NCBI GenBank assembly: GCA_016700175.1
Contig: CP065003.1
Span: forward strand, 1,805,238-1,869,237
Origin: Acidobacteriota bacterium
Lineage (GTDB): Bacteria; Acidobacteriota; Blastocatellia; Pyrinomonadales; Pyrinomonadaceae
DNA length: 64,000 bases
Reading direction: 5' to 3'
The notes under the pieces are model-generated. The model worked only from the letters and a program-made list of their open reading frames with translations, searched no databases and was not told the DNA's origin. A program made the position numbers and the translations under genes. Shown in pieces: positions 43,224 to 51,260 of this stretch (position 1 is the first letter of the stretch; the number at the start of each line of letters is the position of its first letter).

Positions 43224-44351
43224 ATGAAATCCAAAATGAAGGCTCTGCTGTCGATGCTTATCGTAGCGTCGTTTGCACTTTCGACGCACGCGTCCGGTCC
43301 GTCGAATTCTTTAGAGGACGGCACGGTCCCGGGTTCGGTCTGCAGATCCGGCGATTTCCCTAGCCATACGTTCGACGAATCGCAGGTCTTTCCAAAGGAC
43401 AAAGGCCTGCTGCATCCGGAGGATGGAAGGGCGCTTTCTGACGGGCGGATCATCGTCGGCGACGAGGAATCTGGACTGCGGATCATCGAAAAGGACGGGA
43501 GCAGCCGCGGATTCGGACGGTTCAAGGCAGCCGGCTGGGTGCACGATCCTCCGAGGGTAACCGCCGGTCCGAACGGAATGTTTCTGGAAAACGATGGCCG
43601 CCATCTGCTTCTCGCCGACGTTTATAACGGACGGATCTACCGGGTCGACACCAGAACTGAAGAGGTGACGCTGGTCTATTCTCACCCGTACGGGATCAAC
43701 AGTGTGATACGTGACAGCAATGGAACGATCTGGTTTACGCAGTCGGCGAAGAACCCTCCGGAGAGAGGATTCCGGGACTTGTTCGCCGCTGTCGACCGTC
43801 CCGTTGCATCCGGGGCGGTTTTCTATTTGCGGGGTTCCGGAAACAACGTCGAATTGCCTGCAATGGAGGCGGCGTCGGATATTTACTTCTCCAACGGCTT
43901 AGCGCTCGACGACGAAGAAAAGTATCTGTATGTCGCCGAGACGATGATGGACCGCGTTTTGCGATTCCGCATAGATGTGGCGAAACGGGCTCTTTCGAAT
44001 CGGGAAACATACCAGTACGTGGTGACACCCGACAATCTGGCCTTTGACAAGCACGGAAATCTTTACGCCGCTTCGCCGATCAGCAATTCGGTTCTCGCGA
44101 TCGACAAAAAGTGCCGAAGCGTTCACACGGTCTTCTCGGCACCGTCTGAAAGCAACTCGAAAGCTCAAAACAAGTGGATCGAGAACAGCCGTCTCGGCAA
44201 GCCCCTGCTTGAACTGTTTACTCCGGAGGTCTGGAACCCGCTGCCCGGCGGTCTCACAGGAATGTTCTGGTCGCAGGATCATAAGACGCTGTATGTTACG
44301 GGGCTGGGCAATGCGATCCTGAAGGTCGATCTTGGGACGGGTCGAAAGTGA
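43224..44351 (+). CDS. secreted SMP-30/gluconolactonase/strictosidine-synthase-like beta-propeller protein
   Basis: Signal peptide and repeated propeller blades (DSNGTIWFTQS, SNGLALD, FDKHGNLYAA). Confidence 0.75.
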   Translation: MKSKMKALLSMLIVASFALSTHASGPSNSLEDGTVPGSVCRSGDFPSHTFDESQVFPKDKGLLHPEDGRALSDGRIIVGDEESGLRIIEKDGSSRGFGRFKAAGWVHDPPRVTAGPNGMFLENDGRHLLLADVYNGRIYRVDTRTEEVTLVYSHPYGINSVIRDSNGTIWFTQSAKNPPERGFRDLFAAVDRPVASGAVFYLRGSGNNVELPAMEAASDIYFSNGLALDDEEKYLYVAETMMDRVLRFRIDVAKRALSNRETYQYVVTPDNLAFDKHGNLYAASPISNSVLAIDKKCRSVHTVFSAPSESNSKAQNKWIENSRLGKPLLELFTPEVWNPLPGGLTGMFWSQDHKTLYVTGLGNAILKVDLGTGRK

Positions 44352-44374
44352 TTTTGCAAGCGAGGCACACAGTC

Positions 44375-44417
44375 GAGGTAACGCGAACTTCAGTTTGCGC
44401 CGCGCGAAAGCGCGGAA
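44375..44417 (+). repeat. hairpin module B copy (loop GAAA)
   Basis: GAGGTAACGCGAACTTCAGTTTGCGCCGCGC-GAAA-GCGCGG, 24 nt after the SMP-30-like stop. Confidence 0.93.
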
Positions 44418-44444
44418 CCACGTTGGCCGCTCGGGCCGCTGCGT

Positions 44445-44563
44445 GAGGACTGAGGACTGAGGACTGAGGACTGAGGACTGAGGACTGAGGACTGAGGACT
44501 GAGGACTGAGGACTGAGGACTGAGGACTGAGGACTGAGGACTGAGGACTGAGGACTGAGGGAA
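44445..44563 (+). repeat. heptamer tandem array (GAGGACT) x16 plus 1 variant
   Basis: 112 nt of perfect units were counted. The 97-aa tracked minus-strand ORF is its translation. Confidence 0.97.
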
Positions 44564-44598
44564 GATAATCTATATGAATCGAGTGTCAAATATTTTGC

Positions 44599-44665
44599 TC
44601 AGTCCTCAGTCCTTTCGTCTCATTCCTCGCTTCTTTCTCAGTCCTCAGCCCTTTTATCTCAGTAC
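44599..44665 (+). repeat. degenerate CTCAGTC-type array, inverted partner of 44445-44563
   Basis: CTCAGTCCTCAGTCCTTTCGTCTCATTCCTCGCTTCTTTCTCAGTCCTCAGCCC... It ends 10 nt before the kinase ATG. Confidence 0.85.
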
Positions 44666-44674
44666 TTCTTATTG

Positions 44675-47623
44675 ATGCCCCTGAACCCCGGAGACACGTT
44701 AGGCAGATACACGATCGACTCGCAATTGGGAGCCGGCGGAATGGGTGAGGTATTCCTTGCCAGCGATCCGACCCTCGGGCGCAAGGTCGCGATCAAGATC
44801 CTCGGGAGCGACGTCTCCGATAACCCTGACAGTCTCGCCAGGTTCGTTCGCGAGGCGAAATCGGCATCGGCCCTCAACCACCCCAACATCCTTACAATTT
44901 ACGAAACCACCGAAGCCGGCGGCACGCAGTACATCGTCAGCGAGTACGTCGAAGGCCGTACGCTGAAGTCCAGATTGAAAGACGGAAGGCTGCCGCTGAC
45001 CCTCGCGCTGGAGATAGCAGTCCAGACCGCTTCCGCCCTCGCGGCGGCGCACGAGGCCGGGATAGTTCATCGCGACATCAAACCGGCTAACATAATGGTG
45101 CGCGAGGACGGGATCGTGAAGGTCGTCGATTTCGGCATCGCGAAACTTGTAGGGACCGGATTCGATCGGGAATCGAAGGGAGAAGCGCCCACGATCTCGA
45201 AGATAGGAACCGCGCCGGGAATGCTTATCGGGACTCCGAAATACATGTCTCCCGAGCAGGCTCGCGGCAAACCGGTCGATCACAGATCCGACATCTTCAG
45301 CTTCGGCCTCGTCCTGTTCGAGATGTTCGCCGGGCGGCCGGCATTCGAGGGCGAGAGCCCGATGGACGTGGTGAGCGCGATCCTGAAAGACCCCGTCCCG
45401 ACTCCGGGCGAGATCGTATCCGGGCTTCCGGAAGGCATCGACCGAATCGTGGATAAGTGCCTCAGGAAAGAAGTGAAGGAGCGCTATCAGAACGCGCGGG
45501 ATCTTCTGATCGATCTGACCGACATACGGGACGAGCTTCGTTTCAAGGAAAAGAGAATGCTCGGCGACGAGACCGTCGCGGCCAAAGTCGTCCACGTCAC
45601 GGAAAGCGATCCGGCGGCGGAGACCGGAAGTCTGACCGCAAACATCGTAAGGCGGCGCAGGTTCACTGTTCTGCACGTGATCGGACTGTTGATCCTGCTC
45701 CTGATCCCTGTCGGCGCGTACATCTGGTACGAGTCGAGCAGCCACGATGCCGCTTCGATCGCCGACAACACCGTCACGACAGAGCTGGCAAGCTGGAGCA
45801 GCGCTCCGGGCGAGCTGTTTAGCGTCGCAAGGTTCTCGCCGGACGGAAAACTGATCGCCTTCTCGTCCACGCGCTCGGGAAACAAGGACATTTGGGTGAT
45901 GCAGTCGAACTCGACCGAGGCAATCCAAATAACGAAGGACGAGTTCGCCAACACGGACCCGATTTGGTCGCCCGACGGATCGGAGATCGCCTATTTTTCC
46001 GACCGGGGAACGGGGGGCGAAAGCGAGGAGACAAGGACCGGCGTCTGGAGGATCTCGGCGCTCGGCGGTTCGCCGAGATCTGTCGGGCCGATCAAGGATG
46101 GAAGCAGCGAACTCCGCAGATGGACCACCGGGGGAAAGATCGTTTATCAGTCCGGCGGCGAGCTTTACGCAATGGATCCAGACAGCGGAGCCGCGGAAAA
46201 ACTGACAAGTTTCGGATCCGGAAGCGGCACTGTCTCCTGGGCCGACGTATCGGACGATCAGCAGCGAGTTTCGTTCGTCGTCAAGACCGGCGACAAGAAC
46301 TGGAAGCTGATGACGCGCGTCCTCTCGAATTCAGAGGCGGAAGAGGTGTATTCGGCCGACACCGATCTTTCGGACGTCGTATGGCTGCCCGCAACGGACG
46401 AATACTACTTCAGCGCGGACCGCGAAGGGACCGAACAGGTATTTTACCTGGCTACGGGCTCGTCGGAGCCGGTTCAGATCACCCGGAATCCCGCAAGCAG
46501 CGTCGTGGTCGATGCGTCCCCGGACGGCGGAAGCATTCTCTTTACGTCGGTCAGGGAAGAATCCGACGTCTGGAGCGTGGGAACCGCGACCTCCGAGGAA
46601 TCGCCGGTCGGGCGCGGTATCGATTCGGAGCTTTGGCCGGCCGTCAGCCCGGACGGTTCGCAGATCGTGTTCCAGTCAGTCCGCAATCTTGACCGCGGAA
46701 ACAGACTCCTTTCCTCGTCGCTTATGGTCAGGCCTCTGGGATCGTCGGCATCGGGGATCGAGCCCGTCGAGATCGCTGAAGGTGCCGCGCTGCCGCAATG
46801 GTCCCCCGATGGTTCGAAGATAGCGTTCTTCCGCGTCGGTGCTGACGGGAATTCGATCTGGGTCGTGAACGCCAGCGGCGGCGAAGAAAGGAAGGTCGCC
46901 GACAATGCCCAGTCGGTCTCCTATTCAGTTTCGCCGTACAACAGGGTCCACACAAAGGACATCGTGTGGCTGCCGGATTCGTCGGGCATTTTCTATTCCC
47001 ACAAGGAACCGTCGGCAACCTCGATCAGGATCGCGCGGCTTAACGGCGGCGCTCCAGGCCCGGTGTCGCCTCCGGTAAACGGCGAATCGCAGTACTGTCC
47101 GGTCATTTCAACCGAAGGGAACAGGCTCGCATTCTTTTCGCAGAGGAACGAGGGCGGCAAGGTCGTGCGGGCGATCTGGGCGACGGATTCGGACCTGAAA
47201 GATCCAAGGAAGATCTTCGAGACCGAACGGCTGATAAGACTGATCGGATGGGACAAAGGCGGCGAGAGCCTTGTCCTCGCGGAGGCGTCCAAGTTCAGCA
47301 GTCTTCCGGACGAAACCACGCTCCTCCGGCTCGGCCTTTCGGGAGGCGATCCGGAGCCGTTCGCGCGTTTGCAAAACGCCTATTACTACAATATCTTCCT
47401 TTCACCGGACAAAAAGACGATCGCTTTCGCGGCCCGCAAGGAGAACAGGGACGATATCTGGCTTGTTTCCGTAAGCGGGGGCGAGTCACGCAAGATTACC
47501 GGCAATAACGATTCGGAGTCCTACTTCTCCGCACTTTCGTGGGCGCCGGACAGCAGCGCCATATACTTTGGGAAACAAACGCGGTTTAGTTTGCTCTCCA
47601 AGATCACCGGCCTAAAGGAATAA
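44675..47623 (+). CDS. Ser/Thr protein kinase with TM helix and PD40/TolB-like beta-propeller sensor
   Basis: G-loop GAGGMG at aa 19-24, HRDIKPAN, DFG, SPEQ. C-terminal repeats of SPDG..IAF.S.R....DIW type. Confidence 0.9.
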   Translation: MPLNPGDTLGRYTIDSQLGAGGMGEVFLASDPTLGRKVAIKILGSDVSDNPDSLARFVREAKSASALNHPNILTIYETTEAGGTQYIVSEYVEGRTLKSRLKDGRLPLTLALEIAVQTASALAAAHEAGIVHRDIKPANIMVREDGIVKVVDFGIAKLVGTGFDRESKGEAPTISKIGTAPGMLIGTPKYMSPEQARGKPVDHRSDIFSFGLVLFEMFAGRPAFEGESPMDVVSAILKDPVPTPGEIVSGLPEGIDRIVDKCLRKEVKERYQNARDLLIDLTDIRDELRFKEKRMLGDETVAAKVVHVTESDPAAETGSLTANIVRRRRFTVLHVIGLLILLLIPVGAYIWYESSSHDAASIADNTVTTELASWSSAPGELFSVARFSPDGKLIAFSSTRSGNKDIWVMQSNSTEAIQITKDEFANTDPIWSPDGSEIAYFSDRGTGGESEETRTGVWRISALGGSPRSVGPIKDGSSELRRWTTGGKIVYQSGGELYAMDPDSGAAEKLTSFGSGSGTVSWADVSDDQQRVSFVVKTGDKNWKLMTRVLSNSEAEEVYSADTDLSDVVWLPATDEYYFSADREGTEQVFYLATGSSEPVQITRNPASSVVVDASPDGGSILFTSVREESDVWSVGTATSEESPVGRGIDSELWPAVSPDGSQIVFQSVRNLDRGNRLLSSSLMVRPLGSSASGIEPVEIAEGAALPQWSPDGSKIAFFRVGADGNSIWVVNASGGEERKVADNAQSVSYSVSPYNRVHTKDIVWLPDSSGIFYSHKEPSATSIRIARLNGGAPGPVSPPVNGESQYCPVISTEGNRLAFFSQRNEGGKVVRAIWATDSDLKDPRKIFETERLIRLIGWDKGGESLVLAEASKFSSLPDETTLLRLGLSGGDPEPFARLQNAYYYNIFLSPDKKTIAFAARKENRDDIWLVSVSGGESRKITGNNDSESYFSALSWAPDSSAIYFGKQTRFSLLSKITGLKE

Positions 47624-47633
47624 GGAGAATCAG

Positions 47634-48131
47634 ATGAAAATGAAGAACCGTGCCCGTTTTATCATACGCGCCTTATTGGCGGTGTCAGCGGTCCTGATGG
47701 CCGCACAGTTCCTGCCTGCATACGGGCAAACCTGCAGTTCGATAACCGACGAGCAGATAGTCGATGCAGTTTACTCGAAGTTCGAGAAGAACGATAAGAT
47801 CTCACCCCAGATCAACCGTCTGAATTTCACTATCGTGCGCGAGCCTGTCTCGGGAACAATGCAGGCGTGGAAGATCCGCGGTTGGGTCGACGACGAGAAA
47901 GACCTGGACAAAGTGATGGAATTGATCCGTGATGTGTTCGAGGACCTGAACGGCGCAACCTGTTTCGGGAACATCAAGTTCAACCAGAACGATCTTTACG
48001 TCGCGACGGCTGTCCCGTCGGGGTTCAAGTCGGAAGGCGGCTGCGTCGGCGATACGAAGCCGTGCGGCGACATCTGTATACCCGTCTCTGAAACGTGCAG
48101 CATCACGGGCCGTACGAAGCAGTCGAACTGA
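47634..48131 (+). CDS. small secreted protein, BON-domain-like with Cys-rich tail
   Basis: Signal peptide. The TDEQIVDAVYSKF...IRGWVDDEKDLDKVMELIRDV pattern resembles BON. Starts 10 nt after the kinase stop. Confidence 0.55.
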   Translation: MKMKNRARFIIRALLAVSAVLMAAQFLPAYGQTCSSITDEQIVDAVYSKFEKNDKISPQINRLNFTIVREPVSGTMQAWKIRGWVDDEKDLDKVMELIRDVFEDLNGATCFGNIKFNQNDLYVATAVPSGFKSEGGCVGDTKPCGDICIPVSETCSITGRTKQSN

Positions 48132-48132
48132 T

Positions 48133-48175
48133 GAGGTAACGCGAACTTCAGTTTGCGCCGCGCGTAAGCGCGGAA
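48133..48175 (+). repeat. hairpin module B copy (loop GTAA)
   Basis: Starts 2 nt after the stop of the BON-like gene. Confidence 0.93.
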
Positions 48176-48202
48176 TCGCGGCGGCAGTTCGGGCCGCGGC
48201 CA

Positions 48203-48258
48203 GAGGACTGAGGACTGAGGACCGAGGACTGAGGACTGAGGACCGAGGACTGAGGACT
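48203..48258 (+). repeat. heptamer tandem array (GAGGACT/GAGGACC) x8
   Basis: Counted unit by unit. Confidence 0.95.
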
Positions 48259-48280
48259 GAAAGAAATTCATTTCCAAATT

Positions 48281-48301
48281 GATAGTTGATAGTTGATAGT
48301 T
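48281..48301 (+). repeat. heptamer tandem array (GATAGTT) x3
   Basis: GATAGTTGATAGTTGATAGTT. Confidence 0.9.
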
Positions 48302-48437
48302 GCGAGACCCGTATTTTCAGGCTTGGACAGCGCGTGCACTGGCAAGGATTTGCGATCAAAGACAATTCATCAATTTCCAATTTTCCATTGTCAATTAGCC
48401 TCAGACCTCAGTCCTTTTATCTCAGCCCTGAGTAGCT

Positions 48438-50924
48438 ATGGCGCTTGACCCCAACACCACCGTCTCCCACTACAAGATCCTCTCCCCGATAGGAAAGGGC
48501 GGGATGGGAGAGGTATATCTCGCGCAGGATACGAAGCTGAATCGCAAGGTCGCGATCAAGTTCCTTTCGGATGAGTTCAGCCGCGATTCCGACAAACTTA
48601 ACAGGTTCATCCAGGAGGCGCAGGCGGCATCGGCGCTCAATCACCCGAACATAGTCACTGTCTTTGAGATCGGCGAGGCCGATGATTCCCGGTTCATTGC
48701 GCTCGAGCACATCGAAGGCGAGACCCTTACGAAGTTTCTCAAGAAAAAACTGAAGTTCGAGTCCGCCCTCGATATCGCCATACAACTCGCGTCGGCACTC
48801 GATGCGGCCCACTCCGCCGGCATCGTTCACAGGGACATCAAGCCCGACAACGTGATGATCAGGAAGGACGGGATCGTGAAGATCCTCGACTTCGGGATTG
48901 CGAAATTGTCAGGCCCGGGAACGGATGCGGCCGGTTCAGTCGATAATGAAGGCGAGACCGCCGTTCAGGTGAACACCTCGCCGGGGATGATCATCGGGAC
49001 CGCGAACTATATGTCACCCGAGCAGGCAAAGGGAAAGGGGATCGATTCCCGGACAGACATATTCAGTTTCGGTGTGGTTCTTTACGAGATGATCGCCGGT
49101 CACCTTCCCTTCCCGGGCGACAGCCCTCTGGAGATCATCGGTTCCATTCTCAACAAAGAACCAAGACCTATCGAAAACCCGGATGTACCTCCGGAACTGG
49201 AGAGGATCGTCTCAAAGAGCCTTCGGAAAGACCCGGATGAAAGATATCAGACGATGAAAGGCCTTGCCGCAGACCTGAAAGATTTCAAGCGGCAGATGGA
49301 CTTTCAGAATCAGCTTGATAAGACGGTTCAGCCTGAACGCGGAGAATCAGAGACTCAGGTCTTCCAGGCTACAACCGCGGCCGATGGGCAGCAAACAACG
49401 GCGGGTACCACGAACGACAGCATTTCGATCAAGCGTTCGAGCCTGGGTAAGATCTTGGGCGCAGTGGCGGTTTTGCTCGTTCTCATCTCTCTCGGGATCG
49501 GATATTGGTACTTCACCCAAGGCGAATCCGGCCAGATAAATTCGATCGCGGTAATGCCTTTTCAGAACGACAGCGCTACAGCCGATTCCGAATATCTCTC
49601 GGATGGTCTGGTCGAGACGCTTATCTATCGGCTATCTCAGATCGAAGAATTGAAGGTCAGCCCCTCAAGCTCGGTGTTTCGATACAAAGGCAAGCAGTCC
49701 GATTCGGTCAGTGCCGGTAAGGAACTTGGCGTTGAGGCCGTAATGACGGGAAAGATCGCTCAGAGAGGCGATGACCTGATCATAAGCGTCGAGCTTGTCG
49801 ATGTTCGCAACAGCAAGACGCTTTGGGGCGAGCGGTACAACCGGAAGATGGCTGATCTTCTTGCAACACAGCGGGAGATCACCAACACGATCATTCAGAA
49901 GCTGCAGCTGAAACTTGCGGGGGAAGACGAGGAGGACCTGCGCAAGGAATACACTTCGAATTCCGAAGCATACGAGCTGTATCTGAAAGGCCGTTTTCAC
50001 TACGAGAAACGGACAAAGGCCGATATCGAAAAGGGTATCGATTATTACGATCAGGCGCTTGCACTGGACAAGAGCTTTGCGCTTGCATATGTCGGTATCG
50101 CAAATGCTTACGGAGTAATGCCTTCGTACGGGTACATTGCTCCCAAGGAGGCGGGTCCAAAGGGAATGGCGGCCGCGCGAAAGGCATTGGAAATAGATCC
50201 GAACCTGGCGGACGCACACGCGGCAGTCGCATATGTCGCCGCCGCGCTCTTCTGGGATTGGGAAACAGCGGAACGCGAGTTCGGGATCGCGCTCGAGATG
50301 GATCCGAACAATGCTGCCACCCGTGTTCGATACGGATACAACTATCTTCTGCCAATGGCACGCACGAAAGAAGCGGTCGATGAGATCAAGCGCGCATTGG
50401 AGCTCGAGCCGCTGTCGATACCGATCGGATCGATGCTGGCAGATGCTTACCTGGAGGACGGGCAGTTCGACAAGGCGCTGGAGCAGATAACGAGGACCGA
50501 CAATCTGGAGCCGGGACATCCCACATCTGCATACTGGCTTATGAGCACTTACGCTGCTAAAGGAATGTGCGGCGAGGCCCTTAGACTTGCCGATAAGAGG
50601 CTGGAGAAAACACCGGACGATCAGGATACGTTGTCGATCTCCGGATACTGTTCCGCAAAAACAGGAAACAGGGGAAAGGCGGAAGCGGTAATCGCGAAGT
50701 TCAGAGAGCTTTCCAAGACCCGGTTCATCCTGAATTCCTACATTGCGCAGATCTACTATGCGCTTGATGAAAAGGACAAGGCATTCGCGGCGCTTGAAAA
50801 GGCCGTCGAGGAGCGAGATTTCTTCATCCCCACAATGAGAACCAATCCTATGTTTGCGGGCCTGCGCCGGGAGCCTCGATTCGGCGAGCTCATGAAACGC
50901 ACGGGTTTGCCGGATCTCGACTGA
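48438..50924 (+). CDS. Ser/Thr protein kinase with TM helix and TPR domain
   Basis: G-loop GKGGMG at aa 19-24, HRDIKPDN, DFG, SPEQ. TM helix and C-terminal TPR repeats. Confidence 0.9.
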   Translation: MALDPNTTVSHYKILSPIGKGGMGEVYLAQDTKLNRKVAIKFLSDEFSRDSDKLNRFIQEAQAASALNHPNIVTVFEIGEADDSRFIALEHIEGETLTKFLKKKLKFESALDIAIQLASALDAAHSAGIVHRDIKPDNVMIRKDGIVKILDFGIAKLSGPGTDAAGSVDNEGETAVQVNTSPGMIIGTANYMSPEQAKGKGIDSRTDIFSFGVVLYEMIAGHLPFPGDSPLEIIGSILNKEPRPIENPDVPPELERIVSKSLRKDPDERYQTMKGLAADLKDFKRQMDFQNQLDKTVQPERGESETQVFQATTAADGQQTTAGTTNDSISIKRSSLGKILGAVAVLLVLISLGIGYWYFTQGESGQINSIAVMPFQNDSATADSEYLSDGLVETLIYRLSQIEELKVSPSSSVFRYKGKQSDSVSAGKELGVEAVMTGKIAQRGDDLIISVELVDVRNSKTLWGERYNRKMADLLATQREITNTIIQKLQLKLAGEDEEDLRKEYTSNSEAYELYLKGRFHYEKRTKADIEKGIDYYDQALALDKSFALAYVGIANAYGVMPSYGYIAPKEAGPKGMAAARKALEIDPNLADAHAAVAYVAAALFWDWETAEREFGIALEMDPNNAATRVRYGYNYLLPMARTKEAVDEIKRALELEPLSIPIGSMLADAYLEDGQFDKALEQITRTDNLEPGHPTSAYWLMSTYAAKGMCGEALRLADKRLEKTPDDQDTLSISGYCSAKTGNRGKAEAVIAKFRELSKTRFILNSYIAQIYYALDEKDKAFAALEKAVEERDFFIPTMRTNPMFAGLRREPRFGELMKRTGLPDLD

Positions 50925-50943
50925 GACGTCGGAATTGAAACCC

Positions 50944-51195
50944 GTTTAGAGCAGCGCTTCGCGCTGCCGAGGTAACGCGAAATTCAGTTTGCGCCGCGCG
51001 CAAGCGCGGAACGTGCGGGCGAGGACGCCCGCGGTCTAAGGCGACAAGCTGAAGCTTGTCGTACATCTGTTTCGAACAGCGCTTCGCGCTGCGGAAGTAA
51101 CGCGAACTTCAGTTTGCGCCGCGCGTAAGCGCGGGACCACATCGGCACTTCGGGCCGCGGGCGGCCCGCGACAAGCTGAAGCTTATCGTACAACC
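50944..51195. repeat. tandem duplication of a four-module hairpin mosaic (A-B-C-D) x2
   Basis: First set: A 50944-50968, B 50969-51011 (loop GCAA), C 51015-51032, D 51042-51061. Second set: A' 51068-51092, B' 51094-51136 (loop GTAA), C' 51151-51168, D' 51169-51188. Confidence 0.92.
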
Positions 51196-51260
51196 GTTTT
51201 AGAGCTTCGGCCTTCCCGACGGCCTGCCGAAACCTGATCCGTGATCCTTGAGACCCGATC

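Noticed and set aside
44672-44674. TTG start codon for the PD40 kinase, as given in the ORF track.
   Set aside because: An ATG follows immediately at 44675. That position preserves the same 12-nt distance from the conserved leader motif as in the paralogous kinase at 48438.
51196-51206. GTTTTAGAGCT, identical to the start of the Streptococcus pyogenes type II CRISPR repeat.
   Set aside because: It is a single occurrence with no repetition or spacers. It is the diverged flank of module A (GTTTAGAGC), so the match is coincidental.
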